A stretch of 64,000 bases of DNA, taken from Octopus vulgaris. Its lineage: Eukaryota. Under the pieces are notes generated by a model, which saw only the letters and a list, made by a program, of their open reading frames with translations, was not told where the DNA came from and made no database searches. The translations under genes and the position numbers were made by a program. The stretch's first letter is position 1; the number at the start of each line of letters is the position of its first letter. Shown in pieces: positions 1-13,275 of this stretch. The DNA lies in assembly GCA_951406725.2 (NCBI GenBank), contig OX597835.1:19406001-19470000 (forward strand). Reading direction: 5' to 3'.

Positions 1-146
1 TCTGTCTCTCTGTTTCTTCCTGTCCCTCTCACACTGTCTCTCTCTGTCTGTCCCCCTCTCTTTCTCTCTCTCTCTGTCTTTCTCTGTGTCTATCTGTCTA
101 TCTGTGCATCACTAGTAATAAAGCACGAATAGAAATAAAGCACTAC

Positions 147-597
147 AACACAACTTGAAATGCATAGCAACGAAAATCGTGTGTTTCGATGTTCCTCCCA
201 ATTTGCAATATTTTGAGACAGATTATATATCAAGAAAAATACGTAGGAGAGAAAACTAGCAGTTTAACAGAAATTAAGACTATGTTGCAATATTTTATTT
301 AATAAATATCTTGAAGTTGATATTCAATATGTGTAAAAAAAAATATTGCATGGGAAAATGATAGTAATTATAATTACTCTTGATTACATTTATCAAAGTC
401 TATAAAGCCGTACGTTTACCTGAAGCACTTATAAATGCTAACTCAAAAACTGCTGATACGCCAATGCTCATTACAGAGCAGCAATCTACAATATATTCTT
501 TTCAAGTAATGAATTAGCTGATGCAATGAACACACAGACACTCTTATGAACATATACAAATGCACATGTGCACATACATATATACATATATAAATAA

Positions 598-653
<56 letters not shown>

Positions 654-1168
654 GCATGTATGTATGTATATGATAATATATATATTATATATGTATATAT
701 AGTTTATATGCATATATAACACAACTTGAAATGCATAGCAACGAAAATCGTGTGTTTCGATGTTCCTCACAATTTGGAATATTTTGAGACAGATTATATA
801 TCAAGAAAAATACGTAGGAGAGAAAACTAGCAGTTTAACAGAAATTAAGACTATGTTGCAATATTTTATTTAATAAATATCTTGAAGTTGATATTCAATA
901 TGTGTAAAAAAAAATATTGCATGGGAAAATGATAGTAATTATAATTACTCTTGATTACATTTATCAAAGTCTATAAAGCCGTACGTTTACCCGAAGCACT
1001 TATAAATGCTAACTCAAAAACTGCTGATACGCCAATGCTCATTACAGAGCAGCAATCTACAATATATTCTTTTCAAGTAATGAATTAGCTGATGCAATGA
1101 ACACACAGACACTCTTATGAACACATACAAATGCAGATGTGCACATACATATATACATATATAAATAA

Positions 1169-1216
<48 letters not shown>

Positions 1217-1280
1217 GCATGTATGTATGTATATGATAATATATATATTATATATGTATATATAGTTTATATGCATATAT
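147..1280. repeat. Tandem duplication, two copies of a ~571-bp unit (147-717 and 718-~1280)
   Basis: AACACAACTTGAAATGCATAGCAACG starts at both 147 and 718. The copies are near-identical, including the internal (TA)n tract. Confidence 0.95.
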
Positions 1281-1400
1281 ATGTATACGTTTGTATGTAT
1301 ATAGTTATATATATAGTATATATATATAGTATATATATAGTATATATAGAGTATATATATATATAGTATATATAGTATGTATATAGTTTGTATGCAATAT

Positions 1401-1790
1401 ATAGTTAATCCAAACAAGAAAACACAAAAAGAAACACTGCAACGCGAGGACGTGGAACAAATAAAGTATTATTGGACTTTCAGGAAAGAAGGGAAGAAGG
1501 AGGGTTTAACGTTTCGAGCGGAGCTCTTCGTCGGAAACATAGGAGAATGAAAGATCCGGAGAAGGGAAAACAGAGGAAGAAAAATCGGCAGCGGTACTCA
1601 CGAGGTCACATATTGAAAGACCGGAAGTAGAAAGGTGGAAGAATAATGTTTTTTTAAAGACAGGAGAGCTTTCAAAGACAGTAGGTGGTATGTCAAAGAC
1701 AAGGAAAGTGACTGGGGGGGGAATGTGTGCGGATGTGTGCGTGCGCGGAGGTCGGCGGGTGCGCGCGTGTGTGTATGTGTGCATTGATGA
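1401..1790 (-). mobile_element. Non-autonomous hammerhead-bearing element (family H2-like, Penelope-pLTR/retrozyme type)
   Basis: Abuts a TA-rich tract. Shares the layout GTATTA...TCAGGAA...GTTTCGAGC..GCTCTTC with 49671-49878 and 59901-60134. The right boundary is approximate. Confidence 0.55.
1504..1538 (-). ncRNA. Minimal type I hammerhead-like motif (U4C core variant)
   Basis: Minus strand reads GTTT-CCGACGA-A-GAGC(TCC)GCTC-GAAAC-GTT-AAAC. Stem I is GTTT/AAAC, stem II is GAGC/GCTC, and stem III is the palindrome AACGTT. Confidence 0.6.
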
Positions 1791-1830
<40 letters not shown>

Positions 1831-1861
1831 TGTGTGTGTGTATGTGTGTATGGCGAACAAC

Positions 1862-2098
1862 TGGCGAGTGAGCTGGCAGAAGCGTTAGCACGTCGGGCGA
1901 AATGCTTAGCGGTATTTCGTCCGCCGTTACGTTGTGAGTTCAAATTCCGCCGAGGTCGACTTTGCCTTTCATCCTTTCGGGGTCGATAAATTAAGTACCA
2001 GTTACGCACTGGGGTTGATGTAATCAACTTAATACCTATGTCTGTCCTTGTTTGTCCCCTCTGTGTTTAACCCCTTGTGGGTAATAAAGAAATAGGTA
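1862..2098 (+). mobile_element. tRNA-derived SINE type A (central domain resembling Meta/MESC)
   Basis: GAGCTGGCAGAA..GAGTTCAAATTCC (box A/B-like) followed by GCCTTTCATCCTTTCGGGGTCGATAAATTAAGTACCAG. More than 15 copies or fragments occur in the window. Confidence 0.85.
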
Positions 2099-2202
2099 TG
2101 TAAGAATAAGGAGTGGTGTTTTTGTGTCCAGCCACAGGTCAAAAACAAAGAGGTATGTGTGTGTGCGTGTATGCATATGTATCGTTCGTGTGTGTTTTGT
2201 TA

Positions 2203-2239
<37 letters not shown>

Positions 2240-2240
2240 A

Positions 2241-2305
<65 letters not shown>

Positions 2306-2883
2306 CATACATATATATTTGTGTATATATACTTATGCATATAAATATGCCTTCACATGTATTTTCCTTTATTTTCTGTTACATAATATGATTATTCATT
2401 ACTCAAGAAAATGAACAACAGAGACGGAAAATGAGTTTTTCCAAAGGCTTTGGGCGTTCCGAATGGTATTTCTTTGCATGATGGAATTTACTTTCTCCAA
2501 TCCGGTTCTTTCACCGTTAGTTTATGATGAGTTGCAAGAAATAATATTTCACGCTGACACACACAAAAAGGAATAAATTAGTTTGCACTTAACTGAAGGA
2601 ACTGTTCGTAGGTGATTTTTTGTATAAGTTACGAGCATTGGAGTAATAGTTTCTGAATATGAAGTGCGAAAATTCTGGACTTTTGAGCTGCATGGACATG
2701 CTTCGAACCCCTTTTGCTCAGTTGTGTTAAGAATTTCCTCTTCAGGAGAATGCAAATGTCGCTAAACACACTGTAGTATTTATATTAATTTTCCCCCAAC
2801 AGGATACTATTTCTGGACACTATGTGTTAGTTTACGTCTTCGAATATATTCTCTACGGCACAGTGAAGAATACATCCCCTAGA

Positions 2884-3274
2884 GGGGAGGCGCAATGGCC
2901 CAGTGGTTAGGGCAGCAGACTCGCGATCATAGGATCGCGGTTTCAATTCCCAGACCGGGCGTTGTGAGTGTTTATTGAGCGAAAAACACCGAAAGCTCCA
3001 CGAGGCTCCGACAGGGGATGATGGTGATCCCTTCTGTACTCTTTCACCACAACTTTCTCTCACTCTTACTTCCTGTTTCTGTTGTACCTGTATTTCAAAG
3101 GGCCGGCCTTGTCACTCTCTGTGTCACGCTGAATATCCCAGAGAACTACGTTAAGGATACACGTATCTGTGGAGTGCTCAGCCACTTACACGTTAATTTC
3201 ACGAGCAGGCTGTTCCGTTGATTCGGATCAACCGGAACCCTCGTTGTCGTAACCGACAGAGTGCTTCCAAATCC
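2884..3274 (+). mobile_element. tRNA-derived SINE type C, full length
   Basis: GGCGCAATGGCCCAGTGG box A and GGTTTCAATTCC box B. Near-identical to 42677-43076. Imperfect TSD ACATCC(C/T)CTAGA. Confidence 0.9.
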
Positions 3275-4384
3275 ACATCCTCTAGATTCCATAACGATCT
3301 CAAGGACGTAGGGGAAGCTGAGGGGGGACACTTTAGGCAAACTGTTACTACCGGTCCTAGGGGACATCTAGTTGCTACTTTTATCTTTCGCTAGATTATT
3401 GGATTTCACATTCGGAAAGTGTGTTTCTCTACAACCCCGGGCCAACTAAAGCCTTGTGAGTGGATATATGTGACGGGATATATGTGTGTGTCATTTTGCC
3501 TGGGTCTGTCCCCACACCCATCATTTAACAGCCAGTGTATCTGTCTCCACGAAGCTTAGCGGTTCGGCAAAACAAACCGATAGAAAATGTATCAGGCTTA
3601 CAAAAGAAGAAATGGGTATATTTATTTGACTAAAACTTCAAGCCTGTGCTCTTGCCTGGCTGTAAAGCAAACGTCTGAAACCAGTCCTTTGGACCAATAT
3701 TTCTACATAAATTTTAATACATTCTTCGTTTACCACTTCAGACATGTTTTTTTTTTGTTTAACACATTATTTCCCCCATATTTGTCTTCTGTATTAAAAG
3801 CTCATTATTCATCATCATCAATGTTTTCTTTACAAATTCCGTATTCTCTTAAGTTGTATCATCCAAATTTAATTTTTGTTTCCATTTTTTAATTTTCAAT
3901 ACCCACACGCACACACATGAAAGAAGTATATTGTGTATATATATACATCATGCATCCATTTTATTAATTTATTATCCTTTGTGTGCTGGAGTGTTTAGAG
4001 TTTCTCTTACATTCTTTTTACAGTTTTTTTTTTTTGACACCGGTTACTTTATAAGATCCGTTTTATGTAGAAAGTTATTTCCAATAAATATTCTTCTTGT
4101 AAATATTTTATTTAATTTTTCGGAATATAGTTTTCAGGAATTCCCTTTAGTTTTACAGAATTTGAACATCAACGCAATATAGTTTTATATTTTCTCCTCA
4201 TCTATTTTTTTAACCTTCAAACAATTTTCATCTTTCTAACGTATTATTAATAACCTTCCCAGCCTTTCATCTATAACTTTTTTTTCCTCTAAACCTCACT
4301 TTAAAATTATTTCTGGTGTGTTTCCTATTTACTTATAATTTAGTCTATTAATTTGCATTGACCTATCACTCTATTATCCTTTCT

Positions 4385-4563
4385 ACTTTTAGTTGAATCA
4401 CTCATTAGACTGCGGTCATGCTGGAGCACCGCCTTGAAGCATCTTAGTCGAGTGAATCGAACTTGGTATTGATTTTCCTTCGATACCTGGTAATTATTCT
4501 GAGTCTCTTGTGCTGAAACTCTAAATTATAGTGACCTAAACATACCAACATTCGTCGGTGATG

Positions 4564-4637
<74 letters not shown>

Positions 4638-4720
4638 CATATATATACATATATATATATTTTTACATATATATATATATATGTATATATATACATATAC
4701 ATATATATATATATATATAT

Positions 4721-4775
<55 letters not shown>

Positions 4776-4945
4776 CACATACGTCGGACATCTTTCAGTT
4801 ACGGTCTACCAAATTCGCTGATATGTCTTTGTTCTGTCCGAGGGTATTGTAGAAATCACTCGACCAAGGTGCCACACGGTGGGACTGAACGCAGAACCAT
4901 CGGAAGCATGTAACTGAGAGACAGGCGTCTTACTACACTACCAGG
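4385..4945 (-). mobile_element. SINE type B (CORE-like), degenerate, with expanded internal TA/CA microsatellite
   Basis: Homologous to the 32140-32555 and 51856-52264 copies. Confidence 0.7.
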
Positions 4946-7364
4946 CCTGCGTCTATGTTATAAATATATTCACTGTACATCCATAATTTAGATTTCTCTC
5001 TAGATACGAAAATAACATGCTCCAGGAAGAAAATCGATGTGACATTAAATTTCGCTAAACCTACCAAATATTTCAGAATTTTATTCAATTCACAGCTTAC
5101 TTGCAAGATTAAATGAGTTAACTTTCATGTGAGCGTTAACGTAGATTATTATTCTATGCATTACTTTTAAAATTTTCTTCCTGAATGCTAGTTATCACTA
5201 CACACATACACACACATATACGCGTGTATATATGTGTGGCTATTGAGTTCCCGAAATAGCAGTAATTATTCACGAAGGATTAAAATTTATGTAGTGATGT
5301 TCTTTGCAGAATTAGTGTGTTCGAATTCAGTCATATTTCTCTATCAGTAAAAGTGTTCGTATCGCATAGATTTATCTCCGAGAAAAGAAGATACTTCTAT
5401 GAAGCAATAATTTAGTTTTTAAATGTATTTCTTTTCAGTATATGCATGGTAGATTGAAGAAGAAATGGCATACGATTGTGTTCTAAGTAACCGTTTATTT
5501 ATGATTTCCTGGACAAGAATTGTTGATTATTCCAGTTGTGCAACGCATTCTATACATATTTTTACATGCGGGACCCGTTCATGGGTCGATAAAGTATTCG
5601 CTGTTAGTGAAGAAGATTTATGATAAACAATAACACACTCTTACAACAAGGTTCTGTGATCTTTTCAGTGTCAAATAAAATACTTGTAGTGTGCAGTTCC
5701 GTGCCTTTGAATAATTAACTCAGTATTTGATTTCATAAGCACCACCAATGAACACAGATTGCTTCAATTGTGGGCTCTCCTCAAATACGATAAATAGCAT
5801 GCGATTTCGAATAAATTTCTATTTTACCACATTGGAAAATGATGGATTCATTGAATGACGTCCAACGTGGGAATTACCATAATGAAAGACTGAAAGGCGT
5901 TGTTTGGAATGCCGTTTCTGTTTTTTTTTTTTTTTACATAATACTTCGTATTGAGGGAATGCAAAAGACGATTGAATAAATCCTACTATAGTGTAGTATT
6001 TGCAACCAGTTCACAATTACATGGTCAGCGATATGATATTGACAATTAACTATCTTATACTGGAACTCATTTGGTACGCCATCGTGCGTAGAATCAATGA
6101 AATATACTAATTAATTTGTATCTTAGCTCATCTGCAATAATTAAAAACTACAGAAGGATTATAAGTTCAGTGAAGTCATAAGTCAGGCTTATTCGGAACA
6201 CATAAAACCATATATGATCTCACTGAATCACGCTGCTTTTAATTTTCCTTTTATAGTAATTGCATCGATATTTGATATCACATATCTAGCGGTACATAAA
6301 GTGACTGGCTTTGTGAGGAAGCGTGTATAAACTATAGCAGGAATAGTACGTCATTCATTTCAGCCGAGAGCCGGCTTCAGGTCAGGTAGAACGATATAGG
6401 CTCTCACTACCAGACCACTTCTCATTTTATTTGTACACTAATTACCAAATGTACACTACAATATTATTTCTGCACAATATTGTGTTGATATATCAAAAAC
6501 ACTTTTTAGGGGAAATTTTTTTGTGTGTAGGGGGAGTATGGATGTGACTAAACCGAAGAAGAAAACACAAAAAGAGGAAAAATAAACACTTTCTGTTGTT
6601 AAATACACTTATTTACTCACTGCCATAAACCCTTAGTTTTCTTACGAACAAAATAAAAATTGTGCTTTACGTGGAAGAAATAATTTCGTATTAGTTTATA
6701 TCTAATCATGCAAATATGCTAACTACTAAAATCTACACCGACTGAAGATCGATTATATTATATTGATTAGTATTAATACATAGCTAGGTTGACTGAGATA
6801 ACTTATGTGGGCCTAACATCATCAAAGTTGAATGGAATTATACGTGATCAACAAACATTAACTCATCGTTTATTCGTTTCGTAATGTTAATGTAAAACAT
6901 ATTAAATACCGAACAAGCCTCGGTAAATCTTTGCAGATAATCAATGAATTCTTATTTTCTGATGTGTGTTGCATATATTTCATAAGACAGGAAGGAATAG
7001 CAGAGACTATACCACAAGACAGATCGTTAATATATGTCGATCCTGAATATTAACATATTCACCTCTAGCTTATTCAAATCACAATCTCCAGATAATTTGA
7101 TTGTATACCAAACGATGATTATATTCTGTCTCTTCAGAATATTAAATAAAATCCACACCATTAGCTCAGAAAAAAAATACTTAACTTCTCATTATTGCAA
7201 TTCTGTCGATGGGTCAATAAAAACAGTCCCACGAGATCATACGATGTAGTTCCACACGTTACAATATCTATATCTCTAGATTATTAAATCTGTTTTATAC
7301 ATATAATTCAACTATTTAAATCTAGTTAGTAATATTCTTTTCTACATAAGACACAAGGCCTGAA

Positions 7365-7735
7365 ATCTTTAGAGAGTAAAGTAATCGATTACATCGACAC
7401 CAGTGTATAACTGATACTTAATTTATCAACCCCGATCAAAATCGACCTCGGCGGAATTATTACTTAAATTTGGACGAAATACTGCTAAGTTCTTTGCCCG
7501 GTGTGATATTGCTATCCATTGAGGCGGCGAGTTGGCTGAATCGTTAGCACACCGGATAAAATACTGAGAGGCATTTCATCCGTCATTACGTTCGGAGTTC
7601 AAATTCCACCAAGTTCGACTTTGCCTTTCATCTTTTCAAGGTAGGTAAAATAAGTACCGGTTGAGTATCAGGGTCGATGTAATCAAATCACTCCACACCC
7701 GGATATTGCTGGCTTTGTACCAAAATTTCAAACCA
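7365..7735. mobile_element. Two degenerate SINE A copies in divergent orientation
   Basis: Minus copy at ~7365-7500 and plus copy at ~7523-7735. Confidence 0.7.
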
Positions 7736-8106
7736 ATGTTGCTATGCATTCACCAATCCATCTTCTTACGGCTCACAATTTCCGGTAGCAGAATCCCCTT
7801 TCGTCACAATTTAGTTTCATTCTCAAGCCTGACCAACTGAGAATTTTTATATTTTCCAATCATCTCCATCTCCTTTGTCTCCTGCCAGTTAATTCCGCAA
7901 GAAGAATTCGATCATTATCTATGATTTTCGTATCAAACGTACACAGTACCAGAACTGTAGCCTCTAAAGGTAGAGAAAATAGCTACATATTGTTTGTTAA
8001 AAGATGTCCTTCATCATCATTAAATTCTGTTCATCAGTATGACGCTCGCATGCTACAGAAGGAAAAAAAAAAATCGACATCGTTGAAATGAGAATATCTA
8101 GATTCT

Positions 8107-8513
8107 TGACCTGGACACTAAAGAAAGCTGACCAGAAGAGAATTAATGCATTCGAGCTTTGGTGTTGGAGAAGACTTTTACGGATTCCATGGACAGCGAG
8201 GCTCACCAATGGAGAAGTTCTTAAGCAGATCAGGCCGAAAAGGTCGCTAGAAGCTAGGATCACCAAGCATAGATTGGCATGTTTTCGGTCATATTATGCG
8301 GAGAAAATCCCTGGAGAAGGACATCATGCTCGGAATGGTCAGTGGCAAGAGAAGAAGAGGCCGACCAAGAACCCTCTTGCTTGACACCATCAAGAGTGAT
8401 ATCGGAATGGACATAGCCAATCTGAAAGAAGCGGCCCAGGAGAGAACTGACTGGAGGACACTGATCCAACGAGTAACCGAGAGTCGACTTCGACAGAGCG
8501 GATAGATAGATAA
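8107..8513 (+). mobile_element. 5'-truncated RTE-clade LINE 3' end (frameshifted RT C-terminus)
   Basis: WTLKKADQKRINAFELWCWRRLLRIPWT, then a frameshift near 8284, then GHIMRRKSLEKDIMLGMVSGKRRRGRPR..DWR, typical of RTE/BovB C-termini. Short GATA tail. Confidence 0.9.
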
Positions 8514-9349
8514 AGATTCTAGTCGATTCCATCGAGATTCTTGATATTATCAACCTAGTGTGACACGTTAATTCTCCCAACGACGACCAAGACACAGAGA
8601 CGTAGATCAGAAGATCATATGGACAGTGGTCACACAGCATCTCTCTAGGGAGTGGCGGGTGGATGAGTGGGGGTAAATAACCGACAGAATAATTTTATAG
8701 GAAGAATAAAATATCGAAATTTACATAGAATAAAGCTGACTCTGAACAGCATTTCGGAATGTATAATTTTGTCAGCTACATCAAAGATTGGTTCTCTTAT
8801 TTTATATTCAATATAATGGTATTCTTCTATCAATGGAGATATTTGTAGCAAATTGATCGTTTGTAGCGTGATTGCGTAGATAGCATAGATAGACGGTAGT
8901 CATATTAATCAAACTGGCAAATCATCTGAGACTTATTTCTAAAAAGACTGATTAATTATCAACCGTGGCTCGTAATTACTCAAACGCCTCCCAGTCATAT
9001 CGTCCCTTATTGAATTCTATTAGGAAGAATAGCAAGAAGTTTTTGAAATATTCATAAAAAGAATAATGGAGAAACAATGACGATCGCCATCTCCATCATT
9101 ATCATCGTCATCATCGTTGCTCCCTCGATACCGTTGTTGTCGTTGTTGTTGTCGTCGGCGTCTTCGTCGTCAACGTTATCAGTTAGAACACCGACAAAAA
9201 TGTGAGTATCAGTAATATCAACAGTGATACTAAGATAGCGACAATAACAGCATCGATTAGTACGGGAGCAATCTCAGTACATTTCCACATGCAAATATAG
9301 ACGTACCTAAATCCATACATCCATCCGTCCATCCACCCAACCATATAAA

Positions 9350-9350
9350 C

Positions 9351-9395
<45 letters not shown>

Positions 9396-9408
9396 CATGT
9401 TTATATGA

Positions 9409-9441
<33 letters not shown>

Positions 9442-9835
9442 TGTATATATACATGTATATATATATATATACACATGTATATATGTATATACATACATGT
9501 ATATATGTATATACATACATGTATGTATGTATATATATGTATGTATATATGTATGTATATATATATGTATATATATGTATACCTATACATGTATGTATAT
9601 GTATATATATGCATGTATATATGTATATGTATGCATGAATATATATACATGCATATATATGTATACATGTATGTATATATATACGCGTGTGTGTGTTTGT
9701 GTGTATATATACACTAATATATATAAACAAACATATGTAGACATGTATATAAATACACAAACATATGTGCATGTGTATATACGCGTATGTGTGCACCCGT
9801 GTGTGTATATGTATGTTTATGTGTATGTGTGTGGA
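9350..9835. repeat. Compound (TA)/(TATG)/(TG) microsatellite
   Basis: Visible low-complexity dinucleotide and tetranucleotide repeats. Confidence 0.9.
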
Positions 9836-10139
9836 TGTATTAGTTCACAAGCGTAATGTGCTTTACGGAAAGCTAAAATGTTATCAAGAAAGAAAATGTA
9901 TTCTGTAATAATGAATATGTTTAGCATAAATTAACGTAAAAATAACCCTGATGTCATGCACATATAAGCAGAAATATCATCAATATCAAATGAGCGATAA
10001 CCACTGTATGTGGAGATTAGGCTTGCTAGAAACACTAACCAAATATCTCCTCAATTCATATTTTGTCTTCTCTAGGCACAAGAGGATTTGGGGGAGGTGC
10101 AAATATCCTCCCTCAGGACGCAACTAGAGGCTAATATAT

Positions 10140-10712
10140 CGAAGTCCAAAGGATGAAAGGCACAGTCGACCTCGACGGAATTTGAACTCAGATCGTAAAG
10201 ACAGGCGAAATAACGCTAAAGCATTTCGTCCGTCGTGCTAACATTTCTTATTTCTTTATTGCCCGCAAGGGGCTAAACACAGAGGGGACAAACAAAGACA
10301 GACAAACGGATTAAGTCGATTACACCGACTCCAGTGTGTAACTAGTACTTAATTCATCGAGCTGGCAGAAACGTTAGCACGCCGGACGAAATGCGTAGCC
10401 GTATTTCGTCTGCCGTTACGTTCTGAGTTCAAATTCCGCCGAGGTCGACTTTGCCTTTCATCCTTTCGGGGTCGATAAATTAAGTCCCAGTTACGCACTG
10501 GGGTCGATGTAATCGACTTATTCTCCTTGTCTGTCCTCTCTGTGTTTAGCCCCTTGTGGGTAATAAAGAAATAGGTACTTTATTTATCGACCCCGAAAGG
10601 ATGAAAGGCAAAGTCGACCTCGGCGGAATTTGAACTCAGAACGTAGCGGCAGACGAAATACTGTGAAGCATTTCATCCGGCGTGCAAACGTTTCTGCCAG
10701 CTCGACGCCTTC
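10140..10712. mobile_element. Nested/inverted cluster of SINE A copies
   Basis: Minus fragments at ~10140-10365 and 10575-10712 surround a plus copy at 10368-10575. Confidence 0.85.
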
Positions 10713-10957
10713 CTCAATTCATATTCTGTTGTCTAAAAAACAGTTGTGAGGGGGATAACTTAAACATTTGATGCAGTATTTATGAAGGCAAAGAAAGGAA
10801 ATGAAACGGACAATATCAAATTCTCTTTGATTCTCGATGTTGAAGATCAAGTCTCAACTAGATTTAAAGAAACGTAAAATCAGCAACATAGAGTAATTCA
10901 TCTATTATTCATGTGGCGTAAATATAACCGTAATGTATATATATATATATATACATA

Positions 10958-11320
10958 TAAATAGAAAGATGAATAATCTTGTAGTAGATTAATAAAAGTT
11001 TAACCGATACCTTAGTAGCAAAAATCACAGCAGTAAAACAGCACGGTTGGAGGTACAACCATATGGTGTTGCAACCGTGCGTTGGTGCGGATAATTGAAA
11101 TTAGAACATTATTGGTGAATTGAAGAAATGGAGCTGAACGCAGATTGAACAGAAATCGTTTTATTTCATTCTACACGTGTTTCGAAAGGCACAAATTACC
11201 AAAATCCGATGGAATAATGGGACCATATTGTGTCTTTCTCTTCAGGAAGAAAATAGGAAATCCGTTGGAAAAACAAAAACAGAACAGAGGCGGAGCAAAA
11301 ACAAATCGAACTATGCTCCT
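10958..11320 (-). mobile_element. Hammerhead-bearing non-coding element, family H1, inserted in (TA)n
   Basis: Reverse-complement homologue of 53811-54171. Flanked by (TA)n on both sides, with the 16-nt terminal piece ATCGAACTATGCTCCT repeated at 11343-11358. Confidence 0.8.
11162..11256 (-). ncRNA. Type I hammerhead ribozyme, intact core
   Basis: Minus strand reads TATTTTCTTC-CTGAAGA-GAAAGACACAA..TTGTGCCTTTC-GAAAC-ACGT-GTA^GAATGAAATA. Stem I pairs at 9 of 10 positions and the cleavage triplet is GUA. Confidence 0.8.
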
Positions 11321-11355
11321 ATATATATATATATATATATATATCGAACTATGCT

Positions 11356-11422
<67 letters not shown>

Positions 11423-11988
11423 GCATGTATATTCTTTTACTTCTTTAAGTCATATGACTGTGGCCATGCTGGTGCACCGCCTTAAAATATCTAGGCGAAG
11501 AAATCGACCGCGGGACTTATTTTTTTGTAAGCCTAATACTTCTTTGACTACTTCACCGAACCTCTAACTTACGGGATGTAAACATACCAACACCGGTTGA
11601 CAAGCGGAAGTGGTGGGACAAACACAGACACAAAGACACCCACTCACAGCTATATATATATATATATGTTTGACATTAATGGTAATAGGATAGTGGGGAC
11701 TGGAGAGTGGGGACGAAGCATTGATTGATTTAGTACACAAGTCCGTGATAGTAGTATTAGCGATGATACTTGAGTTTGTTAGTGGATCTGTGGTGGAGGA
11801 AGTAGGAGTGGTTGGGATTGGTCTCTGGCAGGGTTACAATGGAATGTTTGTAATTGGCAGCTAAGTGTAGTAGCAGTAGTAGTAGGAGGAGGAGAAGAGG
11901 AGAAGATGAAGAAGGGGAAGAAGTGGCGGGGAGTAGCAGTAGAAGATGGAAATAGTGACGACGACGACGACGATGATGGTAGTGTGTC

Positions 11989-12645
11989 AGGCGGCTAGCT
12001 GGCAGAAACGTTAGCACGCCGGGCGAAATGCTCAGTGGTATTTCGTCTGCGGTTACGTTCTGAGTTCAAATTCCGCCGAAGTCGACTTTGCCTTTCATCC
12101 CTTCGGGGTCGATAAATTAAGTACCAGTTACGCACTGGGGTCGGTATAATCGACTTAATCCGTTTGCCTGTCCTTGTTTGCCCCCTCTGTGATTAGCCCC
12201 TTGTGGGTAGTAAAGAAATAGGTATCCGTTTGCCTGTCCTTGTTTGTCCCCTCTGTGTTTAGCCCCTTGTGGGTAATAAAGAAATAGGTATTTCGTCTGC
12301 CGTTACGTTCTGAGTTCAAATTCCGCCGAGGTCGACTTTGCCTTTTATCCTTTCGGGGTCGATAAATTAAGTACCAGTTACCCACTGGGGTCGATGTAAT
12401 CGATTTAATACCTATGTCTGTCCTTGTTTGTCCCCTCTGTGTTTAGCCCCTTGTGGGTAATAAAGAAATAGGTATTTCGTCTGCGGTTACGTTCTGAGTT
12501 CAAATTCCGCCGAGGTCGACTTTGCCTTTCATCCTTTCTGGGTCGATAAATTAAGTACCAGTTACGCACTGGGGTCGGTATAATCGACTTAATCCCTTTG
12601 TTTGTCCCCTCTGTGTTTAGCCCCTTGTGGGTAGTAAAGAAATAG
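11989..12645 (+). mobile_element. Head-to-tail multimer of SINE A
   Basis: One head followed by repeated bodies that restart at GGTATTTCGTCTGC directly after the AAAGAAATAGGTA tail. Confidence 0.9.
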
Positions 12646-13008
12646 ATGGTAGTGTGTCTATTTTGGTAAGGTGGCCATGATCCTGTTGCTCTTTTAGCTA
12701 CTGATGTGATTGTTGTTATTGTTGTTCATCATGGGTTGCAGGGAATAAAAAATATTCTCGCTAGTTTATCCACGTGGTTACTCACGGTGCGATACGAAGA
12801 AGAGATATGCTTTAGTTCATTCTCCGTTTTTCTCTCGTGTCTGTTATTAAAGAGATGAACAACTCTTTTAGCAAAGAGATTGAAGTTTGAGGCATGTAAG
12901 TTCTCAGTTTGAAAGAGAATGAACCATGAGTTAATGAGAGTATCCACTTCAATATCCGACCAGATGCTATTTTAAAAGACGTGTTGTGTTGGCACATATA
13001 TATATATT

Positions 13009-13141
13009 AACAACATATAAACAAGGGCAAAAGAAAATTATTTCTATGCCAATATGCTGATAACCATATTATATACCCACTACATAAATCAGCATATTGG
13101 CATAGAAATAATTTTTCTTTTGCCCTTGTTTATAAGTTGTT
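13009..13141. repeat. Near-perfect inverted repeat (~53-bp arms, 26-nt spacer)
   Basis: AACAACATATAAACAAGGGCAAAAG..ATGCTGAT (13009-13061) pairs with ATCAGCAT..CTTTTGCCCTTGTTTATAAGTTGTT (13088-13141). Confidence 0.95.
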
Positions 13142-13275
13142 TATAATTTTAAAACCTTTGAAGGTATTTACATATACTGTGACTTTTGATGAATTTTTTT
13201 TCTGTAAAAATCATCATCCTATATTTGTAGTAGTATTAGTGGTAGTAGTAGTAGTATATATATATATATATATAA

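Noticed and set aside
2590-2761. Possible minus-strand exon (ORF 2549-2755)
   Set aside because: Short, with weak splice signals and no recognisable protein similarity.
2885-2955. tRNA-like sequences at SINE heads
   Set aside because: Only box A/B remnants continuing into SINE bodies with TSDs, so these are not tRNA genes.
11989-12645. CRISPR-like repeat array
   Set aside because: The units are ~190-bp SINE bodies without unique spacers, in a eukaryotic context with no cas genes.
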